Shown here: positions 1-15,686 of the stretch, piece by piece
How the letters are laid out: each line of letters starts with the position of its first letter
How positions within the stretch are numbered: the first letter of the stretch is position 1
From: the human T2T-CHM13v2.0 reference genome, Homo sapiens
Length of the DNA: 64,000 bases
Assembly: GCF_009914755.1 (NCBI RefSeq)
Contig: NC_060933.1
Strand: one strand, 5' to 3'
Notes under the pieces: generated by a model
The model's input: the letters and a program-made list of their open reading frames with translations, nothing else
Told to the model about the DNA's origin: nothing
Databases searched by the model: none
Position numbers and translations under genes: made by a program

Positions 1-439
1 GAAATTAGTGCAAATGTGTGGGGGTTTGTAAACCTTAATAAATCAATGTACAAATGTACAGTACACAGCAGGATAAAAATGGGTGCTTGTTATTGAAATA
101 TAGATGCTATCAAAGATGAATTTATACTTTAAATGGTAATCTTTAATTTTCATTTGAGGTCGTTTTTGTAGATGTCACTTTCTGATATACTGAGTTATTC
201 TGAGTGTCTCTCCTGACCTGTTCTAGAAAATGCATAACTGCAAAGCAAGCAAATGATTGTCCTAAGCTACAGAAAAGAAAAACAGGTTGCATTAATGTTG
301 GGGAGAAAGAGTGGGAGAAGATGAGTACTAGACAAGTGAACTGACGTAATGCTTTTATTCACCAAATAAACTTACAGGATGTAGAACTTCAACGGCAAGA
401 ATACATGCAGGCTTTTGACTCAGACAGACAGCCCTGCAA

Positions 440-830
440 GACCTGCATTCAAATCTCAAGTCCTAATCCTACTGCTAACTAACCATGTAAAACTTGGGTC
501 AAATAACCTAAACCAGCTCTTCCAAAGGTGTGATCTGAGACTAGTAACATCAGCATTACCAGGGAACACAGTGGAAATGCAAAATCTCCAGCCCCACTTC
601 AGACCTACTAAATAAAAATCTCTGGAACTAGATACCAGAAATCTGTTTTAGTAAGCATTTGATATAATTCTGAGGCATGCTCAAGTATGAATTATCTGAA
701 TAGATTTCTTCATCTATAAAATAGGAATAATAATACCCTTCTTATGAGTACAATTATAATGATTACAGACAAGATATATGCAGAGCCTCGTGCTTGTTAA
801 TTGCTCAGTAAATAGAGCCAATAACAATAT
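440..830 (+). mobile_element. MIR SINE fragment split by MER5A
   Basis: MIR-like text (ttcaaatc...ctactgctaactaaccatgtaaaacttgg) before 514 and (tttcttcatctataaaataggaataataatacc...gctcagtaaat) after 698. Confidence 0.6.
514..698 (+). mobile_element. MER5A-like hAT-Charlie MITE
   Basis: Follows MER5A consensus text: catcagcattacc...gaaatgcaaaatctc..gccccac.tcagacctact...attctga.gcatgct.aagt.tga; CAG...CTG termini. Confidence 0.75.
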
Positions 831-1793
831 TCTTCCAGAAACTTTGCAGATGCCACTCAATCCATAAAGCCGTTCGTGCCCTGCTATGCAGGCATCACCT
901 CTATCCATTTATAAAAACTAAATAACCCCAATTCTGGCTTCAGTATATATTATGAGAGTACTATATTATTGGCTGATTGTGTCTCTGGGATTATAGTTTT
1001 TCTGAGGGTAGAAGGAGAGTCTTACTCATTCTGGATCTCTCAGCATATTTAACACATTGTTGCAATGTCTTGCCTTCCCAGCCTATCAAATAGAACTAAT
1101 AATTATGTCTGTTATATGAGATCATTATGAAATTTTAAATATAAACCTATTAAAACAGTACATGGTAGTCAATAAGTGATGGTTATTATTATAATATTTT
1201 TAAAACCATTTTAATACTAGATATCCAATAAACATTTGTTGGATTGATCTGAGTTGACAGATTTCTCTGGAAAGACAGGAGTTGTTCATTTTATTTTATT
1301 TTTTAGTTCTTTGACTATAAGACTTTAGAAGATGAAGAAAAGTTAGCAAATGTCAGCCTATTTATGAATGGCCTTTGCTTATGAAAAGCAAAAGTGAGCA
1401 TGTTATGCTGGTCACTGCTCTCTTCACCATAAGCTTTTTTTCCCTTTAAATTTGTAGCAATAATTAATATTTTCTTTTAAGCAAACTAAGTTTGTATAGT
1501 CAATAATAATTGGAGTAGTGCTCATAGGTCTTAAGAAAAAAACACACCAGTGAGCAATCAGCTGCTGCTTCTCATAAGTTTGGCCTAGACAGAGCCTTTC
1601 CGAACAACTTCTGGTTCTGTCTAGGAGAGTGGGGGACGAGGAGAGAACGTTACTAGAGGAGAGAGCCTTCCTGCAGGCTGAGCAGTGTGTACGTTGATTA
1701 CTCAGTTTATACTTTGAGACCCAAATATTCCCCATAGCTTTCAACAGAATCTGTACCCTTAAACAGGACAGTACCCTGATACAGATTAGCTGT

Positions 1794-2200
1794 TGATATG
1801 GTTTGGATGTTTTGTTTCCTTCATATCTCATGTTGAAACGCGACCTCCAATGTTGGAGGTGGAGCCTGGTGGGAGGTGTTTGGCTCATGGGAGTGAAGCC
1901 CTCGTGAATGGTTTGGCTTGACTTCCCCATGGTAATGAGTGAGCTCTTATTCTGTGAGTTATAGAGAGCTTGTTGTTTAAAAGAGTCTGGCATCTCTCTT
2001 GCTCCCTCTCTTGCCATGTGATGCTGGCTCCCTTTCAACTTCCACTATGACTGTAAGCTTCCTGAGGCCTTCATCAGAAGCAGGTGCTGGCACTATGCTT
2101 CATGTACATCCTGCAGAACCATGAGCCAAATAAACCATTTTGCTTTACAAATTACCCAGTCTCAGGTATTCCTGAATAGCAACGCAAATGGACTAACACT
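1794..2200 (+). mobile_element. MaLR solo LTR, MSTB-like
   Basis: Starts TGATATGGTTTGGATG, has AATAAA, ends ...tagcaacgcaaatggactaacac; perfect 5-bp TSD GCTGT at 1789-1793 and 2201-2205. Confidence 0.9.
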
Positions 2201-2356
2201 GCTGTGGTCCAGGAGAAAATGAAGCTATGGGTCAAGACTTCTTTTTCCATCCAACACATTTAATAAACAAGTATCTTCTCTTCTACCCCACCTCTCACCT
2301 CTATTTTTTGAGTCTGGTGTTAAGTATCCAATCATTTTGAAGTAGGTGAGTAGGTT

Positions 2357-2910
2357 AGTGGATTCATTTTCTTTTGCTGCCATCATATAAACTTCATGGC
2401 ACAACACAACGTGCATTATTTTCTGTAGGTGAGAAGACAGCCATGTGTCTCACCAGGCTAAAACCAAGGTCTCAGCAGGGCTACATTCCCTTCTGGAAGC
2501 TCTAGGGGAGAATTGTTTTTCTTGCTTATTCAGGTATTGGCAGAATTTAGTTCCTTGTGATTGTAGGACTAAAATATCTGTCAGATGAGGATCATTTTCA
2601 GTTCCTAAAGGCCACTTACATTCCTAGTTTTTGGCCCTCTTTTAAATCTTTAAAGCCAGTAACCAGCTGGTCAAGTTCTTCTCAAGCCACACCCCTCTAA
2701 CAGGCTTCCCTGCTTTCCTTTTCCACTTACAAGGACTCCTGTGATTACAAGGGGCCCACTCTAACAACCAGGATAATCTCCTTATTTTAAAGTCAGTTGA
2801 AGAGCAAGTGTAATACCATCTTGAAAGCCTTCTTTGCCATTTAATGTAGCATAATCAGTGCAGCAACGCCAGTGGACAAAGATCACAGTGAGGGGGCAAA
2901 ATTATTCCAA
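2357..2910 (-). mobile_element. MaLR LTR, MLT1E-like
   Basis: Antisense MLT1 motifs: ggctaaaaccaaggt..cagcagggct, ttctggaagctctaggggagaat, ggataatctccttattttaaagtcag. Confidence 0.7.
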
Positions 2911-3913
2911 AACATACTTGAACAATAGTTAATATTGGGTCATCAATAGTTTAGTTCTATTACAAGCAGTTTATATGTTTCTGCAGTTGCATTACAGCTT
3001 AATGATTTAAATATTAATTTAAGAGAAGAGAATAACAAAGGGAGAGGTGAGAATGGGAAGGGAAGGAGGCGAGGAAGCAAGGAGGGAAGAAGAGAGGGAG
3101 GGAGGGTCGGAGTCAGGAACTGATAAGTGTATTCATGGACATTATCTCATTCAATTTTTATAACTCATTAAGTAGGGTAAACCAAGACTCAGTCTAAAGA
3201 ATCACAAAATAAATTTGTGATTGATAAGGTTACTGCACTCCCTATGACAGTAAGCAAATCTGTCACACTCAGAAAATGCTGTCTCAGTCCTGAACCTATG
3301 TTGTTCTTCTGTAAGACATGAAATAGTCTATGGCCTGTATTAAAAACAATAACATAAGGAGGAAATGCACTTAAAATACAGAAAAAGTTGGGGAAACACC
3401 ATACAGTGTCAGCACCAAGTCATTTTTTTTCCTACTGCCTTTAATTATATCTTTAAGTTAAAAGAAACTGGTGAAACATTTTATCCACAGAATATTTCAA
3501 AGTATTATGTGAAGTAATTCTACTCTATGTTACTTAAAATAAAAGTCAATAGTAATGTCAGCTCTTAGACTGTTTTTCCCGCTTCTCATTTTGGTGGAAT
3601 TCACGTACCATTTTGAAAATCTTATCAATCCCTCAAAGTGCCCCCTGATGTTTCAAGAAGGCCCATGCCATTGTGAAATTCAAGTAGTACCAGGCTCTAA
3701 ACACAACTTTTTGCCTCTGACTTCGGTGTCAATTTCATCAAAAATGGAGATAACATCAGAAGTTCCTGTGCTTATGATGAAATTTATGTGTTGTTTTCTG
3801 AAAGCTATTTTGAATGAAAGAAAATATGTACAAATTCAAATTATTTGGTAACTTTCAATGAAGTGATACGAAAACAGAGCAAAGGAGATGCTATCTTTGT
3901 CCCTTAACACCTT

Positions 3914-4491
3914 TGTCATAGCATCACTCTGACTCACTCTCCTGCCTTCTCCTTCCATAGCATTCCCACTCTCGGGTCTAGGGACTTAATCCAATCACAG
4001 GAATTCTATGTTGACATAGTGATAGGTTCAGCTAATCAAAGCCTAGGTCAATCATCACATGGCATTAACCTATCTACAGGAATTGGTTCAGAAATGACTC
4101 AATTAGTAAAAAGTCCAGTTATTTTGCATGATGACTGCAGGAAAGAACATACCTTCTCTTCATTCTTTATCTCTCTATCTCTCTCTCTGTCTGTCACTCT
4201 TTCTCTCTTTCTCTTTGTCCTCTCTCTTTCTGGACATGTATGGAAACAAGGAAACAATTAGAAGTAGTAGTTGCTGTTGATAGCCTGCCACTGCTATGAG
4301 AAATGTGTGTTGAAACCAACATCCATAAAAAAATAAAGATTAGAAAACCCTTGAAAAATTGAACGATAACCCTGATCAAACCCTGCCTGAGGTCTTGCAT
4401 TTTTCAATTCTGTGAACCCCAAATTTGCTTTGATGTTTTAGTTTGATTTAGATTGTTTGTTATTTAGAGCTAAATGCATCATAATTAATAC
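3914..4491 (+). mobile_element. Ancient ERVL-type LTR (LTR16/LTR33-like)
   Basis: TG start, attggttcaga motif, 3' end ...taattaataca resembling ERVL LTR termini; highly diverged. Confidence 0.4.
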
Positions 4492-5789
4492 AAACACACT
4501 TCGGGGATAAACTTGCCCTTGTGGGTCTTATGCTTTAAAGTTCATAGTCTAGACAAAAAGAGAGTATTACTCGTAAAGTGACTGGCCTACAAACACACCC
4601 TTATGTAGAAGAAGAATTGGATACAAGTGTTACAATCCATGCTTCCATATGGCACATATAACACCTTTAATATCTTTAAACCACTGTCATTTTTTAAAGT
4701 TTCTTTAAACATCTTGGATTGGATAGTACTAAGTAAGGTGATACCTTTCCTCCCTTGGTAAATTATAATTAAACAGATACCTGAAATATTCCCTTTCCCA
4801 TGGTGTTTTCCCCTAGTGGCACTCCTGTGTCCTTTCCACTGAATGCCTGGAGCGGTCATTAACCTTATAGCTTGCCTGAGCATTTTGAGAATAGGGATCA
4901 CGTTTTAATTCTTTATGTACCTTTAGCTTTTAGAAAAATGCCTCAAATTCAGTGGACTATCAACAAATGTATTCTAAAGGAATGATTCAAGGAATTAATA
5001 AAAAACATACAAATATATAAAAACAATTATTATATAGATTTAGCTGTATGACCCTTGAAAAATAGCCAATAATTCACAATACTCAGTACCCAAAGGCCCA
5101 CAATAAATACTCATTCTTGGGAATGACTTATTTTATATTATTTTTGATATTATATTTATATAATACATAAATAATATATAATAATATGTAAGTAATATAT
5201 TATATTTACATTATTATCCAATAAGCTTGCATTCCTTATTTTTAAGAGAAGAACAAAAACCTTTCAAATAATATTCTGATTATTCTTTCTTCACTGGGCT
5301 CTGGAATGTCTTCACCTTAGTAGAAATACAAGAATGAGCATTTTCTTTCCATCTTTCTCTGCATTCCCTTTTCCTTTCTTTACCTGAGAAATCTTGAGGA
5401 AATGGAAATTATAGTTGTACTATAATCTCGTTTGCTTTGATAATGAATGAGTGCTTTTAAATATAAACACCTGCTGTCTACTTTGTTTTCTAATTGAGAA
5501 AGAATTATAAACAGCTGAAGAAAATTTGGAATATCTAATAAAGCGTAAAGAAGGCCAAATTTGCCAATATTTTCAATACCCAGAAATAATCATTGATAAT
5601 ATTTTATTGCATTTATATTCAGTGCTAAAATGAAAGTTATACTGAATACACATTTTCTCATCATGTTTCTCCTATATTGACATTATAGTATAACTATTTT
5701 CTATATCATCCAATACTCTTGTGCAACATTAACATTTTTAACGTTTTATTCCAGGTTACTTTATTTCAACATCTGTGCAATAATAATAG

Positions 5790-5990
5790 TGAGAGCTAAT
5801 ATTTATTATTTGTGATTTCTCTGTGTTCCAGACTTTATCAAATGATTTTACATGGACTTCACTTAATCATTACAGAAAGAATATGAGGTAGGTATTGCCA
5901 TCCCTATCCTCATATTCTAGATGAGGATGACATGCATAAAGACATTTAAGTACCTGGTCACAGGGATAACAAGTTGCAGAACAACCTTTT
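5790..5990 (-). mobile_element. MIR SINE fragment
   Basis: gctaatatttatt...ttaatc...tatgaggtaggtatt...cagatgagg-like core in antisense. Confidence 0.65.
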
Positions 5991-8900
5991 CTCTTTAGTA
6001 TTAAACTCTGTGTTCATCTCAATAGTTTCCTTCATTGTCTTCTTAACTGGGAAATAATTTCACAATGTAGATATTGTATTATTATTTTAATTTTAATTGT
6101 TGAATTAATAATAAATTATTAGGCTGATTTCTCATCTCAGGATCTGCCAAATCTGGTGATAGCTTTTTTCTCTGGGATAAATGGCCCTCAGTTTTTGTTT
6201 TTTTTATTAATCACAATTATGGCTAAATTTCAAGGTATGCCAAGTGAGAAATTTGTCCAAGATACCACAAGCTCTTTTTTTATTAATTGGGCAACCTGAA
6301 AACATAAAATGATATTAACTATGCTGCTTCCAGCCCTTTGTCCCAAGACGGGGATCTTTCTTAGTCTAAGACAGTGACTCCCAGGACTGGAGTTGCTTCA
6401 TCTGTCATTTGGAAAGGGGTGTTGGTGGCACACTAACAGAAATACATTTATAGCTAGATTTGCTAGCTCATCTTAACGAGAGATCATGCAAAGGCAGAAA
6501 GTGTTTGGCCACTTTTTATTTCTTTCCAGAAGAGGGAATGTGAGCAGAGAGAAATCCTATTGGATTTCTTTTCATCTTGCTGAAATTTTCAAAGAGGTAC
6601 ATTTCTCCCTGATCTTTCCTTAGAGCCATATCAAATGGCCAGTAGCACATAGCCAAATGAAATGTGGCTTTGTGTGGAGAATTAATAGCGGCTACTTTTT
6701 TTTTCTGGAAGTATTGAAACGTGTCAGTTTAGTACTAGTGTGTTCCTCTGCCTACAAAATCTCTGTTACACTCTGAAGGAAAATGGCAGTTAGATTGGAA
6801 TTAGGGAAGATGACTTCTCAAATTATAACTAGGCTTTTTTTTTAGTTATGTTATTTGTTAATTTACTTATTTTATTTTGAAATTCATTTATACATATATA
6901 ATTTACTTTCTATAGAAACTTTGAAGAGTCATCTTTTTTTGTTTACTTACTTAAGATTTCTAACTTATTAGTTATTAACTAACTGTCAACTATCTGTAAA
7001 CCTCTTCACCTGGCAGCCACTATTTGTGGAAAAAAGAAAAACAAATAAAATTCTTACTAGCTAAAAATTATCTATAACTCCCGAAAGAGTGAAATAAAGA
7101 GCACAATTTTTAGATCTCATTCTGTTCTTTGGTTTGAAACTGCTGAGCAATTAATTACTTGCCAGGGCTATTAACACGATGTAAAGTGGATTGTGTGTGT
7201 TTTGTCTGATTTTTTTTTTGGCTTGCCTTACGTGACTCTGCTATTTGTGAAATTTAAAAAGGGACAGACATAAGAGGAATAAAAAAGGTCTTTATTTTAC
7301 TAAAGTAATCATTCTGTCAGCAATTACTTAAGCCATGCAGTGACTCTTCCTATGAATGGGCTTTGGCAAATGAATCATAACTGTTGTTTCTTTTTCTTTT
7401 CTCAGATCATTCTCCATAACAAATAGCTATTGTTTCTGAAGGCTCATGTTTTAAGCATTGCACTTGGAACTTTCATGTCTCTTTTAATTTAACTGTTACA
7501 ATAATTTTGCAGAATGAGTATTATTTGCCAGTTTCACAAGTGAGATTATTGAGGTTCAAAAAAGTTAAATAAAAAAAAAATCTTAGCAAAGCCATAGTTT
7601 ATATTACAATTCTTTCATACTGAAAAGTCAAATGTTTTTCCTCTAAATACACATTGCCACTTACTATATCATAGAATTAGAGTTGTGTCTATATTCTTAC
7701 ACATACCCTAGTTTGCACAGTTTAATATTTCTGATTGATTAGGCCAATAATTTTTGGTTTTATGTTGTTTTGTGTGTCTATTTGTATGCACATGTGTGTG
7801 TTTGTGTGTGTTTAATTTGCTAGTGTATTATCTAGTGTTAAATATAGATTTCTACTCAATAAGGCAAATTCATCTCAAGCCATTCATCCATTAGCCCTGG
7901 ATAAGAGATGACCCTAGAATAAACTGCTTTTCTACCATATCCCTTCCTTTCACTGTTCCCTGGACATAAGATTATTTGGCTTCTCATCCTATTGACCACT
8001 TTGCTAAATTGTCTCGTGTTCATATTAATGGCGGTTCAATAAAACTCACCATGCACTACTGGCCTTGAGAAATTAGTCATAATAAGGGCTATAGATCAGA
8101 TAGACTGTGCTTTAGTGCCATTGAGAAATTACTCAAACAAAATTATCGTGTGATTACCAAAAACCCAGGCAGCTAAAATGTTGTCTGAGAACACAGGCAC
8201 TGGATGTCTAGTCATGAACAAAAACATCAATAAATTGTATTCTCTTCAGAAGCCAAGAAAGCTGAAGAAACTATCTGAAGGAATTGAGTTTAAGTGTGCT
8301 CTTTGAAGCTAACAGGAAATGGTGTTTAGTGTGTGCCAAGGTTAAGATGTTCTTACTCAAGGCTAAACTGGATGTGGTCACAGTTAGCGGAGGCATTTAC
8401 AATCATTTATGAACATTTCAGATCTTTGCAGTGACACATGGCGAACTATTATTGGAGACACCAAAAAGTAGTAAGTGGGAAAACATGAGTAATCCAAACA
8501 GGCTAGAAAAATTTAACTTTTTTGTTTTTATTATTGCTTATGAATTTGTAAAATTACTAAAGCAGTCATGTGCTAGTTTACCTACTTTCATTTGTATATT
8601 TCTAAGTTTCTAAGCGAACATTACATATTGTAAAAATATTTTGAAGATTTCTTTTTCTTGGTTTCACTAAGGCAGAGGCAAAAAATTAGAAAAGGGAAAC
8701 ATTTGAGCATTATTTTAAGAAAACTTATAATATAATGTAAAGAAAAAAAGGCTTAGGTCTAGAGAAGGCAAATGACTTCCCCGAGGCCACAGCTGGTGAA
8801 AATCCAGGCCCTCCACTACTGACACCCTATCTCCATAGCCATCTTGTGTCCAATAAATTAATGAGAATATTGAAGTATACCAGAAGTTGAGTTCTAAAAA

Positions 8901-9339
8901 CATTACAGAAGTCTTTTGTTAATATGAGATTTAGTGCATGCAATAAAGATACCAACCATAGTTCATAATATTTCAAACATTCAACAGACAACATCAAAGT
9001 TATTCAGTAAAATACACTGAAGAGGTCACTGAAGGATGTAAAAAGAAAAATGACACAGTTTCTCCTCAAAAGCAAAGGAGGTAGAGATGTACAAAAATAA
9101 CATAACTAATTGAAGCTTTTATAATGACAACAAAATTATAAGCAGGTTTGTGTGTGTGAGTGTCTGCATCAGTTTACATATTTTCACAAATATTATATTT
9201 GATTCTTACTATTGTCCTTCAATAGTGTAGTATTATCTATATTTTGTTTGACTACTGACTGTAAATCCTGTGGTTTTTCTGTTCTATTTTATATATCAAC
9301 ATAACATATTGACATAATATATCTATATCATTATATATG

Positions 9340-9705
9340 TTAATATATATATCAATATAGATACCACCTGATCTCTGAGTGAATCTACAGATTACCATAT
9401 ATACGGTAGATTACCAATGGTAATATACAAGTTGCTAGTAGATTAAATGAAGAAATATATATGTGAAATATGAAAATATAAACATGTTTATATATTAAAA
9501 CATATAAATATATGTTTACATAAACATCTTAATAAAACATGTGTTTAATTATATATTAAAAATATATGTTTAATTATATATTAAAATAATGTTTATATAT
9601 TGAACATATATGTTTATATATATTCATAAAAATATATATAATATGTATGTTTATATATTATATATTATATATATTTCACATTTTTAAAATTTAATCTGCC
9701 AGTAA
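9340..9705. repeat. AT-rich low-complexity tract between opposed MIR relics
   Basis: (TA)-rich tract with internal repeat tgtttaattatatattaaaa x2; MIR-core-like text on both sides in opposite orientation. Confidence 0.7.
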
Positions 9706-10164
9706 GTACTTACCTAGTAAGGACCCTATTATTATTCTCACTTACTTAGTAGATAAAGAGTGTATGTATTTTGTTTCAGTTTTCATTGCTAACACGTTAG
9801 ATTATAGAGAGTAAAACCCAGAATTTCAGATATCAAATCATTCAGCATCCCTTTGGCATTATGCTATTGGACATGGGCAGAAAATGAAAAAAAGTATCTT
9901 AGAAAATTCATTAGGAAATCTTAAAAACATAGTCTTAAAATAGTTATTACACTGTATTTAAATTATTTGCTTTTATATCTTTGTCTCATTGTATTTGTAT
10001 GTGAAACTCCTTAAGGGAAAGGTCTGTGTCTTGCCTTGTTTCCAATTATTTGTAATCACTACTAAAATTACATAAGAGCAAATGATTAATATATTTTAGA
10101 TAGGAGTTTGAGTAGTTCTTGGAATTTAATAAGCATAAAAAATATTTCCTGGATAGAATAGTTA

Positions 10165-10845
10165 CTTAATTAATAAGTAAAGCCTTATCAATATTGGAAC
10201 AAACCCATGCCATGTTTCTTTGGTTGTTATGCGATGAGAAGGACACAACATTGCTTCTATAATATCCCTGCCAAAATAGCATAACATAACTCCAATTACA
10301 AGAAAACATCAGGCAAATCCAAATTAGGGACAGGCTATAAAATAAATGGCTTTTCATTTCAAAATGCCAAGGCCCAAAAAGAAATAAAAGCTGAGTAACT
10401 GATCCAGATTAAAGGAGACTAAAATAGATATGACAACTAAATACAGTGCATTTTCCTCAGTTTGATCCCAGACCTGCTAAACATAGCTATAAAGCATTAT
10501 TAGGATAATTTTTAACATTTAAATATAAACTATGGATTAGCAAAGCACTGAATCAATACCAAATTTCCTGATTGTGTTAACTGAACTGTGTGGTTTTGTA
10601 AGAGAATGCCCTTGTTCTTAGGGACTTCACATAGAATTATTTATGCTTAAAGGAGCATGGTGTTTCTAGCTTACTCAAAGTTCAGGTCCCTGAAACGGTT
10701 CAGGGAAAAAACAAAAACTGTATGTGTGCATATGTATATGTATAACATTTGGTAAATCAGGGTAAAAAGCATCCTGTTGTTCCTTTTACTATTTTACTAC
10801 TCTTATGATTTGTAAGTTTGAAATTATATCAAATTAAAAGGTATC
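10165..10845 (+). mobile_element. Old L1 3' UTR fragment (L1MC-like)
   Basis: Typical L1MC 3'UTR text: aaacatcag.caaa.ccaaatt.agggaca, ccagattaaaggagactaaa.agatatgacaactaaat, gtaagtttgaaattat.tcaaa. Confidence 0.6.
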
Positions 10846-11204
10846 TTTCCAAATTATCTGCATTTCTAAAGTGTGACTATTTCCTCACATAATGCCCTTC
10901 AAGTGAATAGAAAAGAGGCTTCTAATCAATGCTGTCTTCCTGTTAAATACTTCTGGATGATGCTCAGATAGCATCTTAATCTACCCAAATGTTCCCTAAT
11001 TTCTCCATTCCATTTTTTTTTTTACCATATTCCCCTAAAATCTTGGAGATTAGCTAGTCAACTAATAACTAATAAATTGTTTTTAATTCCATTTGATTAA
11101 AACATGAAATGATTAAATTATGACTATAGAAAAGGTAAGTTTGACATTGTTTTTTTCTAATCAATTATCAACATCAACCACATTCCTGATTTTTAAATCA
11201 CAAT

Positions 11205-11741
<537 letters not shown>

Positions 11742-11744
11742 ACT

Positions 11745-12600
<856 letters not shown>

Positions 12601-12643
12601 TCAACCATTCTCCACATTTGTTTTGAAAGACATATTTTAAATA

Positions 12644-12943
12644 CATGTCTATAATTTCTTACTCAAAACCCTTGGAACTAGATATAATTTAGAATTCAGA
12701 ATATGTTGGACTTCTAGAAAACTATTAAGGTAAGTGCACTGAATATTGTATAACACCACCAGAGGGGTCAGTAGCAATAACCCACAACCAAATACATGAA
12801 ATTATCTTCAACAGATTGTATAAATTTTCACCTTAAACAGGACTTATCAGTTCAGATCAGATTTTTAAGTAAATGAATTAAGATGAAATGTTTGGTTGTC
12901 AGAATATTTTGATTTCAGAATTGCAAATGAGGGGCTGTGGGTG
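12644..12943 (+). mobile_element. MER46C-like TcMar-Tigger MITE
   Basis: aaaacccttggaactagat...gaattcagaat...gtaacacc.ccag.ggggtc...cagttcag.tcag...atttcagaattgc.aat.aggggctgtgg matches recalled MER46C; TA flanks. Confidence 0.7.
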
Positions 12944-13833
12944 TATATGAGAAATATCAGAGGCACCCATGAAGGCAGTATTAGTGTGAAAACCAAAGCA
13001 AACAATTTGGTAACAATTAATGGTGGTAGCATTGCAGTGGTATAACAATGATTTATGGTGTGGAGTAAAGCATCCACAGAGTAAATTGAATATTGGCTGC
13101 CCTTCATCTTTGTGTCACTGTTGAGTAGACTTTGCTCTCCTACTCCACAAAGGCAAATTGTTTACATATTTTAGTACACACTAGATTGCTCTCTGGTGTA
13201 AATTCTACATTATATTATGACTTGGAACAAGTTGTACCCTGCAGTTTTTTGTGACCTATCCTGCTCAGTATCCTGTCAAACTATTTAACAGTGTATTTAT
13301 AAAGCTCTGGTTAAAATTCACATCTTCATTAGAATCTGGTGACATTCTTATGGACAGTTTGAATTATACCCTATGCTATAGCATAACAGTTGAGAGTCAC
13401 TGGGATAGCAAATGGATCATTGGAAGGGGCAAGATTTCATTCAGGAAAGTCAGTTAGGAACAATTACAAAGTAATCTCATTAACAGATGATACTACTCTT
13501 AACTGGGGAAATTGCAGCAATATTCTTTGACCTTGAAATACAGATATTCTGCCCCACTATAGCATAAGGCAGAAAAAAAGATGAACTATTATTGATTTGG
13601 GGAAAGAAAGAGTACTCATTTATGATTGGAGATATTTTGGAATGTACCTTGCAGGAAGCGAACTTTGTCCTGAATCTTGAAATAAAAATAGTCCATGGAT
13701 GGAAAGGATGATGTAGATAGTTAAGTCTAAGGGAGAGATAACAAAAGCATCAAGTTACACCTAGAAAGAATTTGCATAAGGTGGGGATAAAACTATCATG
13801 GACATTAAAAGTCCTGTTAAGAAATTTTATTTT

Positions 13834-14117
<284 letters not shown>

Positions 14118-14311
14118 AAGAAATTTTATTTTATTCTGCGGATAATAGAGGCCGTCTGGGTGCAGTATGAAGGATGATCAAAATCAAGGAGATATATCTC
14201 AACAACTCATATTCAGCATATGAGAAAAATAAAAATTAAATATGTTGTTAAAATAGCCTCAAAAATACTGGTTCTCTACAAGATTGATTTTATATAGAAC
14301 TGTCTGTTTAC

Positions 14312-14743
14312 TGTGAAAGATTCAGAATCAAAATGAAGTCACTGATGTTATGAAACCCTTGGCAGATAGAGCCAGGGACGGCCATGAAGGGAGAGTTCTC
14401 ATGCTTCTATACCTGATAACAAAAATTATCACAAAAGACTACAAAAACCACAACTTTGTGTAAAGGCCATCACAAGTTTATTAAAAAAAATACTTCTGCA
14501 AGGACATATGCCCATCTAATCTCGGACTGGTGGTACCCTTGTTATTGATCTTTGTAGCGAAGTATAATTATTTCAAAACAATTATGTAAACCTCCTCATT
14601 GTTTTCTTTAAAAACTTTTGTCCTCCTTTTCATCCCTAAAAACACGCATAGTTTACAATGGCATGAATATTCTCATTGCAATGTTCTATTCCCAAATAAA
14701 CATCTTTTCTTTTAGAGAATGTCCCTCTATTTGTTAAGTTGAC
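14312..14743 (+). mobile_element. ERV1 solo LTR, MER65-like
   Basis: Starts TGTGAAAG.TTCAGAATCAAAATG.AGTCACT; AATAAA near 14695; ends ...GTTGAC. Confidence 0.75.

Positions 14744-14791
<48 letters not shown>
14744..14791. repeat. (TCTA)12 tetranucleotide microsatellite
   Basis: 12 perfect TCTA units counted directly. Confidence 0.95.
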
Positions 14792-15686
14792 CCTAGTGCT
14801 TATGTGAATGTTTATGTAGGTATGTTTGTATATGTATTCTGCAACCTCATTTTCTGGAATTTAAGAATTCAATTCAAAAGCACTTCATGCATAGCAATTC
14901 AACCATAAACCCTTTAGCATGACTACCCTTCCAGCAATGGAAATTTAGTCATGTTTTCCTGAAATAAAAGCAGTGAGGTGACACGTTCCTTGCTTGGCTC
15001 ATGGGGTGAGAAGGTCTCTCTTGAGGCTGTCTGTTACATTGCCATGCCTTCTTACTAATGAATGCTTCCCCTACTTGTACACTTCTTTAGGCAAAACAAT
15101 TTTCTTTCAAGGTGCTTTATAATGTCATTAGATTTTCCATTTGTGTTCAAATGTACCACATTCATGAGGAGGAGTTGCTAGCAGTGGGTTTCTCTGAAAT
15201 GAGGGACCAAGAAGGCTGCTTTCTACAGAACATTTGACTTCTTGCTCCTTATACCTCTGTTTCTTAAATGCAAGCATTCTAGTTGTTTGCTATTTTGTCT
15301 CACCCAACTTTATTTTATGGATATGAAGATAAGTAGAATATTGGGGTAAGCACACTTTAACCATGGATGTCAGGGACACTATGACATTATGATGTTAGAA
15401 AAAAGATGAGCAGGTCTGAACACTGGTCACTGACATCAACATTTTGATATGACAATAATATCTTATTTCTTTTATCTTTTTAAGAGTAGTATTTACCAGG
15501 CTCTAAAAGACACACATATTTGGTTCATGAAGAATAACTGTGAGGTCATTTCGTAAGTCAAGAACACGTATCATCTATGATGGCTGCAGTCTACCCCAAA
15601 CTGGGGCTATAAGAGTGTGCTTTAGAACAAAGTTCTGAATACTGCAAGAATCCTGGCATATATGACCTGTTTCTCTTAGATTGATA

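Noticed and set aside
1424-2038. 204-aa minus-strand ORF
   Set aside because: Begins inside an MST LTR with a non-ATG start and shows no recognisable domain; likely a chance ORF
3036-3110. Purine-rich GGA/GAA tract as a triplex or G4 element
   Set aside because: Short, irregular low-complexity tract of a very common type with no supporting context
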